Part shown: in pieces, positions 8,873 through 16,892 of the stretch | Position numbering within the stretch: the stretch's first letter is position 1 | Layout of the letters: every line of letters begins with the position of its first letter | Assembly (NCBI GenBank): GCA_009780345.1 | Contig: WRAG01000004.1 | Coordinates: forward strand, 19,826-83,825 | DNA: 64,000 nt | Reading direction: 5' to 3' | DNA from: Oscillospiraceae bacterium | Lineage (GTDB): Bacteria > Bacillota > Clostridia > Monoglobales > WRAG01 | Program-made: the position numbers and the translations under genes | Notes under the pieces: model-generated | What the model was told of the DNA's origin: nothing | Databases searched by the model: none | What the model saw: the letters and a program-made list of their open reading frames with translations, nothing else

Positions 8873-10425
8873 CCCAAGCGGAACAATATGAAAAATTAGT
8901 GGAAATTGACGAAGAATATAAAATTGAAGATGTCGCCGACAAAATGAACGACATTCTTGAAAATGCAACAGCAGATTCAATATTGGAAGAAATTGTTTTT
9001 AAAAGTTTGTATTTATTGGACGGATTCGAGCGTGAGAAGTTCAAAGTTAAATTGCTCAAAAAGGCGGCGGACTTGCGCGTTAAGAAATTGTTTGAACAGC
9101 TTTTGCAGGCATATTGCAAGCAAGAATTTTCTAACGAAACAGACCCCGACTGGTATGAGGACGGAGACATTGATGAGGTTGCTTTTTGCGGAGCGTTTGC
9201 GGAACGGCACAATATCAAATGTATCAATAATCAGTTTTACGATATTAACGGTAGCATTACTGACGGTGATATTGAAAGCAAAATTTACAAAGACATCACG
9301 CCATATGTTAAGCAGGGCGTAAGTAGACAAGTGCGGGCGTTGCTCTTTGCGCTGAAAAATGCGACCTTCGCAGAACAACCAAGAGTTCGTGAGGACGAAA
9401 TCTATTTGGAAAACGGCATACTTCGCACGGACGGGAAATTCGAGAACGACAAAGAATTTTGTTTGAATAGGTTGAATGTGGAATACAACCCGAATGTTGC
9501 GGAGCCTGAAAAGTGGTTGAAGTTCCTTGATGATTTGTTAAGCGCGGACGATATTTTGACACTTCAAGAGTTTTTCGGATATTGTCTTGTGCCGACCACA
9601 AGGGCGCAAAAGGGATTATTCTTGACCGGAAATGGCGGTGAGGGTAAGAGCGTTGTCGGCTCTGTGTTCAAGTCGATTTTCGGAAATGCTATGATTAGTG
9701 GTTCGTTGCAAGATTTAGAAAACAATCGGTTCGCAATGGCAAGTTTAGAAAACAAGTTGTTATTCGTTGACGATGATTTAAGTGTCGAAGCTCTGAAAGA
9801 TACGCGTAACATCAAGAAGATTGTTACGGCGCAGACAACACAGCAGATTGAGCGGAAAGGTGTTCAACAATACGATGCGATGATTTACAGTCGCATACTC
9901 TGTTTTGGAAACGGAATCTTACGGAGCTTGTACGACAATTCGGACGGATTTTTCCGCAGGCAAATTATAATCAAAGTTAAAGATAAGCCCGAAAGAGTTG
10001 ACAATAAATCTATGGTTGATGAGTTGGTTGCCCAGAAAGACGGAATATTCCTGTGGGCGTTCGAGGGTTTGCAACGGCTCATAGACAACAAGTATGAGTT
10101 TACTATTTCCGAGGAAGCGGAACGCAATCTCAAAGAGTCCCGCGAGGAAGCCATAAATATTATTTCATTTATGGACGAAAGTGGTTGTGTTGAACTTGAT
10201 AAAGAGTCCGAAATATCGTCAAAGATTTTATGTCAGCTATACCGTGAATGGTGCGGGGACAATGAGGAAATCGCCTTGAAATCGAAAACGGTTATAGGTC
10301 ACTTGAAAAATTGTGAGGGCAAATATAACATTGAGTACAGCAAGAACATCAGCGGAGGCGTTCGCGGATTCAAGGGTATTCGACAAGTGAAACAAGTTAG
10401 AGATGTGTTTTGTTCGATTGGTTAG
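8869..10425 (+). CDS. P4/D5-family primase-helicase (SF3 NTPase)
   Basis: Walker A LTGNGGEGKS, Walker B LLFVDDD and a downstream QQIERKG..block typical of phage/plasmid primase P4-type C-terminal NTPase. 4-nt overlap with the CHC2 gene. Confidence 0.8.
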   Translation: MTQAEQYEKLVEIDEEYKIEDVADKMNDILENATADSILEEIVFKSLYLLDGFEREKFKVKLLKKAADLRVKKLFEQLLQAYCKQEFSNETDPDWYEDGDIDEVAFCGAFAERHNIKCINNQFYDINGSITDGDIESKIYKDITPYVKQGVSRQVRALLFALKNATFAEQPRVREDEIYLENGILRTDGKFENDKEFCLNRLNVEYNPNVAEPEKWLKFLDDLLSADDILTLQEFFGYCLVPTTRAQKGLFLTGNGGEGKSVVGSVFKSIFGNAMISGSLQDLENNRFAMASLENKLLFVDDDLSVEALKDTRNIKKIVTAQTTQQIERKGVQQYDAMIYSRILCFGNGILRSLYDNSDGFFRRQIIIKVKDKPERVDNKSMVDELVAQKDGIFLWAFEGLQRLIDNKYEFTISEEAERNLKESREEAINIISFMDESGCVELDKESEISSKILCQLYREWCGDNEEIALKSKTVIGHLKNCEGKYNIEYSKNISGGVRGFKGIRQVKQVRDVFCSIG

Positions 10426-10667
10426 GCACTTCACAGGCACATTGTTAGGCACATAAAACCCCATAATATCAAGGGTTAGGCACGAAAGGCACAACTTTTG
10501 TGAAATCCATTCCTATATATAGAACATATATACATTGGCGAAGTTCTTATATATATGATTCCCCATATAGGCGAATTAGAGAATTAAGTGCCTATGTGCC
10601 TAAACGCAGTTATATCAACATTTGTCGTGCCTAACGAAACGCCTAAATAGGCACTTGAAGTGCCTAA
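10422..10667. repeat. Putative origin of replication: TTAGGCAC iterons flanking an AT-rich unwinding region
   Basis: TTAGGCAC or (A)AGGCAC at 10422, 10435, 10445, 10476 and 10487. (TA)-rich block at 10510-10570. Inverted GTGCCTA(A) at 10588, 10596, 10627 and 10660, plus palindrome GCCTAAATAGGC at 10641. Confidence 0.6.
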
Positions 10668-10767
10668 ATCATCATTTTACTTGTTATCGGCGGCGGAAGC
10701 CGTCTTTTATTTTGCGTAATTGCGGATGTGGCGGTTTCGCCACCACCGACAAGAGGAGGAATTAAAA

Positions 10768-11013
10768 TTGAGTAGTCAATATTTCGTGAAAAGTTTTTAT
10801 GCGGCAAGCTACCTGAAGAGTCTTGGATATGAGCCGCAGATTGAAGTTTCACCACAGGGGCAAAGTGTATTTTGGTATGAGAGAACGCCGGGACTGGAAA
10901 ACTTGGTAAAGGAATTTTTCGATAACGAGGAATTGCAAGCGTTTGTTCGCGGGCAACTTGGATTGAAAAAGTTGATGTTTGAGGGCAACAAAACGCCCAC
11001 CGAGGAAACATAG
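10768..11013 (+). CDS. Small protein, member of a 3-copy paralog set (DUF5659-like by recollection)
   Basis: TTG start after AGGAGGA. SFYAASYLKSLGY...VFWYERT parallels LAGFLMLCGF...LVFYFTD (12276) and LAKFLVALDY...VVYSFHD (13283). Confidence 0.5.
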   Translation: MSSQYFVKSFYAASYLKSLGYEPQIEVSPQGQSVFWYERTPGLENLVKEFFDNEELQAFVRGQLGLKKLMFEGNKTPTEET

Positions 11014-11180
11014 GCACATCAAGGATTTGCGGACTTATATAAAATGGTATATTTTGCCGAAGAAAGCCTTGTGTATCAGGAGTTATCGGCAACTTTTCGA
11101 GCATTTCAACGATTTTCAAAAAATAAGGCGGGTGTGGAGCGAAAAGACATTATTTTCCGTTATTATCGGACAAAAAGGAC

Positions 11181-11449
11181 GTGGTTATTATGAAGCCACC
11201 TATAAATGTAACATTACGACAGCATCAATTAGAAGCATATTCGCAAGCATTACAAAATCGCAGGTTTGGGTTACTGCACGAAATGGGAACAGGGAAAACT
11301 CTAACGGCTATTGCCACGGCAGGGACACTACATCAGCAAGGGAAAGTAAACCGAGTGTTGGTTGTATGCCCGCCGCAAGCGGCACTATTGACGAAACAAT
11401 TATAAAAGCCCTGAAACGCAAGCACAATATGGCTGAAAGCGTTTTGTAG
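11181..11449 (+). pseudogene. SNF2-family helicase remnant (N- and C-termini only, internal deletion plus frameshift)
   Basis: LRQHQLEAY..LLHEMGTGKTLTAIA..RVLVVCP (SNF2 motifs I/Ia) stops at 11405. A second frame ends ..SGTIDETIIKALKRKHNMAESVL (SNF2 C-terminal tail). About 350-400 aa of core are missing. Confidence 0.65.
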
Positions 11450-11466
11450 TATTTGAAAGGAGGCAA

Positions 11467-12258
11467 ATGATGTTACATAAAAATGTACTTGCGCTCATAT
11501 TTGAGCAACCACAAATCAAGGGCCGGGGATATTATCTTGACGGCGACGAGTTGCGGCAACGAGCCAAAGACGGCGAGGAAAAAATTATAGCCAATCTCGA
11601 CAAAATGGAAATAATCAATATTTATGTAGACGAGGACGACCCGAATGTTTGCGTAGTTGCTACACAAAGCGAGTCGCACAAGTTATATATTGAAGCCAGC
11701 GGAAAAATCAAAGCTACAGAAATTCCGCCGCCCGCTATATTGAAATGTGCAATATGCAAACAAAAAAAGAAGTATTTTTACTTTTGCGACCACGACTTAA
11801 TTAGTTTTCACGTTCCTGTATGCTATGATTGCCGCCGAGAAATGGCGTTGGAATTTATATCAGGATTCACAAATCCTCGTATGGCTATTCACGCATTTTG
11901 TTGGATTGAGGATATTTCATATATCGGAAGCGTTGTTGCGAACATAACCGCAAAAGAGAAAGACATTAGAACCGTGGCAATGACTTACACGAAAAAAATG
12001 AACCTGAAACAATATGCCAAAAAATGTAATTTCCGCAATAGTGGACTAAAAAGCCAAAGTTGGGAACACGATTGTACGCCGGGAGAGTTTTTCAAACATT
12101 TTGCCGAGAGTGCTATTGATACTTCCGGCAGTCTTGCGGGAGCGTTCGACACTCTCACTTGGGAAGATTTTGACAATGAGGTAACTATCAAACACGATGA
12201 ACAATTCCGCGAATGGGCTTATAATTTTATTGAAAATGCGAAGTTGAATAACGATTAA
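11467..12258 (+). CDS. Hypothetical protein with Cys cluster
   Basis: 263 aa with RBS AAGGAGG. CAICKQKKKYFYFCDHD..VPVCYDC is a possible zinc-binding segment. Confidence 0.5.
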   Translation: MMLHKNVLALIFEQPQIKGRGYYLDGDELRQRAKDGEEKIIANLDKMEIINIYVDEDDPNVCVVATQSESHKLYIEASGKIKATEIPPPAILKCAICKQKKKYFYFCDHDLISFHVPVCYDCRREMALEFISGFTNPRMAIHAFCWIEDISYIGSVVANITAKEKDIRTVAMTYTKKMNLKQYAKKCNFRNSGLKSQSWEHDCTPGEFFKHFAESAIDTSGSLAGAFDTLTWEDFDNEVTIKHDEQFREWAYNFIENAKLNND

Positions 12259-12275
12259 AACGGAGGAAATATATT

Positions 12276-12554
12276 ATGAACGAGAAAAAGACTTGTGTAA
12301 CAGTTTTTAGTCAAAAATTAGCAGGATTTTTAATGTTATGCGGATTTGGGGTTGTTGAAACCAAAGCCCACCGTTTTCAAGAAGGAAAATTGGTATTTTA
12401 TTTTACGGACAGCAACGAGATTCGCCATATTATCGAATGTCATTGTAAGCACAAAGACCATTATGAAATCGGTTACGCTTTTCCAAAAGAAGATATAAAC
12501 GAAACTAAAACAATTTTAGAATTAGATTTGGAGGACATTATTGATGAACAATAA
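12276..12554 (+). CDS. Small protein, paralog set member (DUF5659-like)
   Basis: RBS GGAGGAAA. FSQKLAGFLMLCGF..KLVFYFTDSNEI. Confidence 0.5.
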   Translation: MNEKKTCVTVFSQKLAGFLMLCGFGVVETKAHRFQEGKLVFYFTDSNEIRHIIECHCKHKDHYEIGYAFPKEDINETKTILELDLEDIIDEQ

Positions 12555-13293
12555 CAACATTACATTTAACGTTACGCCCACGCTAAAAAAAGATGTCGCG
12601 GGGTTTGTTGACAAAATCATTAAATCCACGGACGAAAAATTTACTTACGCCGTGGATGTTTCTTTTAGAAAAACTGGAATTAACAGCGAAAACGAAAATA
12701 TTTTTACAATCCACTATGGGATGCTTGGGAAGGATGAATATATAGTGCGGTGCTTGCGGGACGACTTCGGAATTGACTATATAGATACTCTCAATAACGA
12801 TAAAATATATATCAACGACAAAGCGTTCCAAGATGCTTATGAATTGTTGTCGAACTCTCGCAGTCCCGAATTTTCCGATGTTGTGATAGTTGAGGACAAG
12901 ACCATCGTTACAGAAGAAAGCGTTGCGAAAAGTCTTGAAGCAACGGGAATCACAGACCCAGAAATTCTTGAAGAGCTGCGGAAGAAAATGTTGTCCGTCA
13001 ATAATGGTAAAATAAGTGTGATGGTTACTACCAACCCCTACTTTTTAGGTTGGATTTTCAACAATAAGCATAGATTCGATATTGAATTTGTAGTCGAATT
13101 GAGAGACGGCGAAAAAATCCACACAATAGAAGCCGAAGTCAAAACTTTGGAAGAAGCGTTTGAGGAATGGAAATACAGCAAAGATGAGCGCAGCAAATTT
13201 GGATATTTCGGTATTAAACCCAAAGTCGAAGTTTATGAGGACGATGACGATGACGAATACGAAGATGAGGAGGACAATGATTATGACGAATAA
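12541..13293 (+). CDS. Hypothetical protein with poly-acidic C-terminal tail
   Basis: 250 aa ending YEDDDDDEYEDEEDNDYDE. Overlaps its neighbours at both ends. Confidence 0.5.
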   Translation: MMNNNNITFNVTPTLKKDVAGFVDKIIKSTDEKFTYAVDVSFRKTGINSENENIFTIHYGMLGKDEYIVRCLRDDFGIDYIDTLNNDKIYINDKAFQDAYELLSNSRSPEFSDVVIVEDKTIVTEESVAKSLEATGITDPEILEELRKKMLSVNNGKISVMVTTNPYFLGWIFNNKHRFDIEFVVELRDGEKIHTIEAEVKTLEEAFEEWKYSKDERSKFGYFGIKPKVEVYEDDDDDEYEDEEDNDYDE

Positions 13294-13546
13294 TCAAAAT
13301 TACACGACGGGTAATCAGCACTTGGCAAAGTTCTTGGTTGCTCTTGATTATGTTGCCGAAATTCACGAAAACGATGATAAGAGAGTTGTGTATTCTTTTC
13401 ACGATTCGGACGTTTTGCAGCGCGATATTGGAGCTTATAAAAATGCAGTTAAAAAAGTAGACAAAATGTTCCGCGAGTTGCGACCAAAGAAAAATGATGA
13501 AGTTTGGCAATCTTGCCCGCCAAACACGAACGATGACAGCGAATAA
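13283..13546 (+). CDS. Small protein, paralog set member (DUF5659-like)
   Basis: ATG at 13283 after GAGGAGGA, in frame with the track ORF 13160..13546. NQHLAKFLVALDY..RVVYSFHDSD. Confidence 0.45.
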   Translation: MTNNQNYTTGNQHLAKFLVALDYVAEIHENDDKRVVYSFHDSDVLQRDIGAYKNAVKKVDKMFRELRPKKNDEVWQSCPPNTNDDSE

Positions 13547-13586
13547 AAAATTATAGGGTGGCGAACCAACGCCGGAGGAAATAATT

Positions 13587-14030
13587 ATGTTAAGTCAAGA
13601 TTTTTTACAACGGAAAATCATTATCAAAAACACCACACCGTATGAGGTGCATTACGATTCCGCAACGACTGGTAAAGGTGTAATGTTGAAACCTAACGGA
13701 GAAAAGACTATCAAGGTTGAAGAATTTATTAACGAAGTGGATGCAGAAAATTCTTTGTTTTGTGGGGTTGGAGAAGGACATCACGCATACATCGCTACTA
13801 CTGATATGGAAGTGTTGGAAGCGGTGGGATTTGAAAACCAACAAATATTGACCGATGATGTCTTGATTAAGTTGTTCGAGGGGAAAGCGAACACGCTGAA
13901 AGAAAGATTATCTAAAAATATATTAACATATACAGACAAAGCGTTACTTAGAGATTTCATCAAATCTGGCGGAACGAACGAATATGACAAAATTGTGATT
14001 GCCAACGAGTTTGTTGGAGTTAAATTCTAA
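13587..14030 (+). CDS. Hypothetical protein
   Basis: 147 aa. Preceded by the conserved GGTGGCGA..CGCCGGAGG hairpin/RBS motif shared with the next gene. Confidence 0.5.
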   Translation: MLSQDFLQRKIIIKNTTPYEVHYDSATTGKGVMLKPNGEKTIKVEEFINEVDAENSLFCGVGEGHHAYIATTDMEVLEAVGFENQQILTDDVLIKLFEGKANTLKERLSKNILTYTDKALLRDFIKSGGTNEYDKIVIANEFVGVKF

Positions 14031-14080
14031 AAATTAAGATTATATTTTAGGTGGCGACTTAAACGCCGGAGGTATTTATT

Positions 14081-14425
14081 ATGGAACAATATAAGATGAG
14101 CAAGCGCGACACAAGACAAATCGCTAAAATGTTGGAATCGATTATTGGTGAAGTTGAGAACCTTTGTGAAAAATCCTATACATCAAAAGAAGAAGTTGAA
14201 AGCGTGAAAAGTGAAATTTGTTCTGTTTTTCGAGGGGTGCGAGGAATTAGAGACGCCGACTACTATGCGGTGGAGCAAAACAGTAAAAAAGATGAGGGTT
14301 GTTTGTATTGCAGTCCGAGTACAACTGATTGTTCCGCTTGCGGTGCGAAAGTTGAAACAAATTCATTCGACCACTCGCTTGGCGGAATTTTTGGCGAATT
14401 GAAATCGCCCGAAGGAATTTACTAA
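14081..14425 (+). CDS. Hypothetical protein (Cys-containing C-terminus)
   Basis: 114 aa with the same 5' hairpin/RBS motif. Contains CLYCSPSTTDCSAC. Confidence 0.5.
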   Translation: MEQYKMSKRDTRQIAKMLESIIGEVENLCEKSYTSKEEVESVKSEICSVFRGVRGIRDADYYAVEQNSKKDEGCLYCSPSTTDCSACGAKVETNSFDHSLGGIFGELKSPEGIY

Positions 14426-14462
14426 ACATATAGAGTGATTACACGATTAATAGTGTTTTTTG

Positions 14463-14500
14463 GGGATTCGGAGTAAAATCCGAGTCCCTATTTTATTTTT
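14463..14500 (+). terminator. Intrinsic terminator
   Basis: GGGGATTCGG-agtaaaa-TCCGAGTCCC followed by tattttattttt. Confidence 0.6.
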
Positions 14501-14521
14501 GGTAAATTATAGGAGGAAATT

Positions 14522-15274
14522 TTGAAAATACAAGAAAATATCTTAAACATTTTAGCGGAATGTAAAATCGAAGGTAACATTTTATTTTTGCCACCGGAAC
14601 AACTTGACAGGAATACATACGTTGCCGTTAACAAGTGCCTTGAAAATATCGGCGGTAAGTGGAATCAAAAAGAAAAGGGACATATTTTTGATTATGACCC
14701 GACAGAGGCGTTTGACAACCTTTTGTTGACTGGTGAAACGGAAGATATGAAAAAGACGTTTCAATTCTTCCCAACACCAAGGAAGGTTGCGGAAATAGTT
14801 TGCGATATGGCAGAATTATCAACTGCCCAAAACATATTAGAGCCGAGTTGTGGCAAAGGTGATTTGGCTGATGTGATTTACGAGCGCAATCAATCATTGA
14901 TATGCGTTGAAATCAATGAAGATATGAAAAAACTTCTTGACGAAAAAGCTTACGGCGATGTGGTTGTTTATACTGACTTCTTAAAGTTTGAGTCTGACGA
15001 GGCGAAGTCGTTTAACCGCATTGTGATGAACCCGCCGTTTAGCAAACAACAGGACATAGACCATATTTTACACGCTTATAACATATTGCAAGTTGGCGGT
15101 GTTTTAGTTTCAGTTATGAGTGTATCACCGTTTTTCAGAACTAACAAAAAATCCGTTGAGTTTCGTCAATGGTTGGAGCAGAATAATGCCGAAATAGTTG
15201 ATGTCAAAGCCGGGGAGTTTAAGGAGAGCGGGACACTCATACCTACTAAAATTATAAAGGTTGTAAAATCATAA
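14522..15274 (+). CDS. Orphan N6-adenine DNA methyltransferase
   Basis: SAM-binding motif I ILEPSCGKGDL and catalytic motif IV IVMNPPFS. No adjacent restriction gene. Confidence 0.8.
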   Translation: MKIQENILNILAECKIEGNILFLPPEQLDRNTYVAVNKCLENIGGKWNQKEKGHIFDYDPTEAFDNLLLTGETEDMKKTFQFFPTPRKVAEIVCDMAELSTAQNILEPSCGKGDLADVIYERNQSLICVEINEDMKKLLDEKAYGDVVVYTDFLKFESDEAKSFNRIVMNPPFSKQQDIDHILHAYNILQVGGVLVSVMSVSPFFRTNKKSVEFRQWLEQNNAEIVDVKAGEFKESGTLIPTKIIKVVKS

Positions 15275-15342
15275 AAATAAGCACGAATTTGTTTCAAGGG
15301 GTGGGGCGTTGTCCTCACCCTATTTTTATTTTTTGACAGGAG

Positions 15343-16581
15343 ATGAAGAAAATTAGTTTATTCTCATTTTATTTCACAAAAGACTATGCGGCAATCAGCG
15401 CGGACAGCCGACAAAGTGTTTTTGAAAACGGACAATATTTTAAAGTTCACGATAACGCGCAGAAATTATATAAAATTAACGATTTGATTATTGCCGGAGC
15501 AGGACGGTACTATATTATAGACAAGGTGATTGAAGAATTTTCAGCCTTGAACCCAACCGAGCAAACCCCCGAAATTTTGAGGCAGACCGCTCTTTCGATA
15601 TGCGATAGGAAAGCGGAAATTTTGAAGGCTCTCAATATGGACGAATCCATTATTGAACAAGAACTTGAAAGTAACGAAAAATCTTGTGAATTTTGCGTAT
15701 TTACATACGATATGGAGCGGCAGGCGAATGTATATTACAATTTTCATTCAGGCTACGATTTTGAGGTAACGGAGCAAGTTGGAGATGATAGAATTGCGCT
15801 TGCGTGTGCAGGGTACAACAATGTGGAGGCTAACAGGCTTTTCAAGGAATTGCACGACAAACATTCTTCTTATTTGCCGTTACTTTTCAAGAAGGTTTAT
15901 GAAGGTGTGTCCGATGGGACCGTTGGCGGCAAATTAATCTTTATTGAAATGAATAATGGGATTATCACAAATGAGCAAGAAATCAAGTTGACCGACAATA
16001 AGCCAATACGAAGTTTGAACTTGATAAATGAACTTGGCGGCGACAATGTTATTACTTGGATAAATAACAGATTTGAAAATCGTTCCAAAGTTGCGGGCAT
16101 AGATGTTCACGGCAACGGAATTGTATCTTACGACCAAAGCGAAAATGTCCGTTTTAGGGTTCGTCCCGATGATGGCGTGGTTGAAATGTTTGATATGTTC
16201 CTTATTATGCGTTCGGGCAATAACACGATAATTATGAACCCAAATGACGGTATGGCATTTCAGACCAACAACGCTGATCGCTTGCGATTTGATATTACTA
16301 ATGGAATATTAACACTTACAGACGGAACTATTAACAGTTGCAATATTAACGGCGGCAATATCAATGTTGACACCGATATGACAATTGGAAATAACCTCCG
16401 CATATCTGCAAGTACATTTGGACAAGGCATACATTTTGATAATGCTGGTGGCGCAAGAATCGACGTACAAGACCCGTTCACAGGGTGGTTAAACATCTCT
16501 AACGGATTGACCGTGAATGGTCAAACAGTGGCGACTCAACAATGGGTGACACAGCAAATACAAGCCGCATTAGGCGCATAA
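15343..16581 (+). CDS. Proteasome-beta/HslV-like (Ntn-hydrolase) domain fused to fibre-like C-terminal region, paralog 1
   Basis: AISADSR..HDNAQKLYKI..AGAGRY..VSDGTVGGKLIFIEMNNG align with proteasome-beta blocks. The C-terminus has repetitive N/G/T/I-rich segments and ends NGQTVATQQWVTQQIQAAL (tail-fibre-like). Confidence 0.55.
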   Translation: MKKISLFSFYFTKDYAAISADSRQSVFENGQYFKVHDNAQKLYKINDLIIAGAGRYYIIDKVIEEFSALNPTEQTPEILRQTALSICDRKAEILKALNMDESIIEQELESNEKSCEFCVFTYDMERQANVYYNFHSGYDFEVTEQVGDDRIALACAGYNNVEANRLFKELHDKHSSYLPLLFKKVYEGVSDGTVGGKLIFIEMNNGIITNEQEIKLTDNKPIRSLNLINELGGDNVITWINNRFENRSKVAGIDVHGNGIVSYDQSENVRFRVRPDDGVVEMFDMFLIMRSGNNTIIMNPNDGMAFQTNNADRLRFDITNGILTLTDGTINSCNINGGNINVDTDMTIGNNLRISASTFGQGIHFDNAGGARIDVQDPFTGWLNISNGLTVNGQTVATQQWVTQQIQAALGA

Positions 16582-16610
16582 ATATTTTTAGAAATGAGAG
16601 GAAATTTATT

Positions 16611-16868
16611 ATGGAAAATATAAAAGTTAATATTCACGAAGCACAAGCAGGCATAAAAGATGCTAAGTTGACATTGCTGTTTAAAGATAATTTAACCGCA
16701 GGCATTGAATGTGTTTCTGGCGGCGTACCTCTTGAAGAAATAGCGAAGCCTATAAAAGAGTGTTATCCCGGTGGGTGGATTGATATAGACACAGATGATG
16801 GCACAAAAAAATATGAGTTGCTCCGATTTGGAAAGCATTATAATTACTCGCGGAGACGAAATATATAG
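16611..16868 (+). CDS. Hypothetical small protein between the two paralogs
   Basis: ATG at 16611 after GAGAGGAAA, 85 aa, in frame with the track ORF 16542..16868. Confidence 0.4.
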   Translation: MENIKVNIHEAQAGIKDAKLTLLFKDNLTAGIECVSGGVPLEEIAKPIKECYPGGWIDIDTDDGTKKYELLRFGKHYNYSRRRNI

Positions 16869-16892
16869 TTATGATTTTGGAGGTGAAGCCTA

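Noticed and set aside
8631-9227. 198-aa minus-strand ORF (plus 8957..9322 and 9013..9378)
   Set aside because: They lie inside the primase-helicase gene and have Ser-rich or odd composition. The plus-strand gene has clear Walker motifs.
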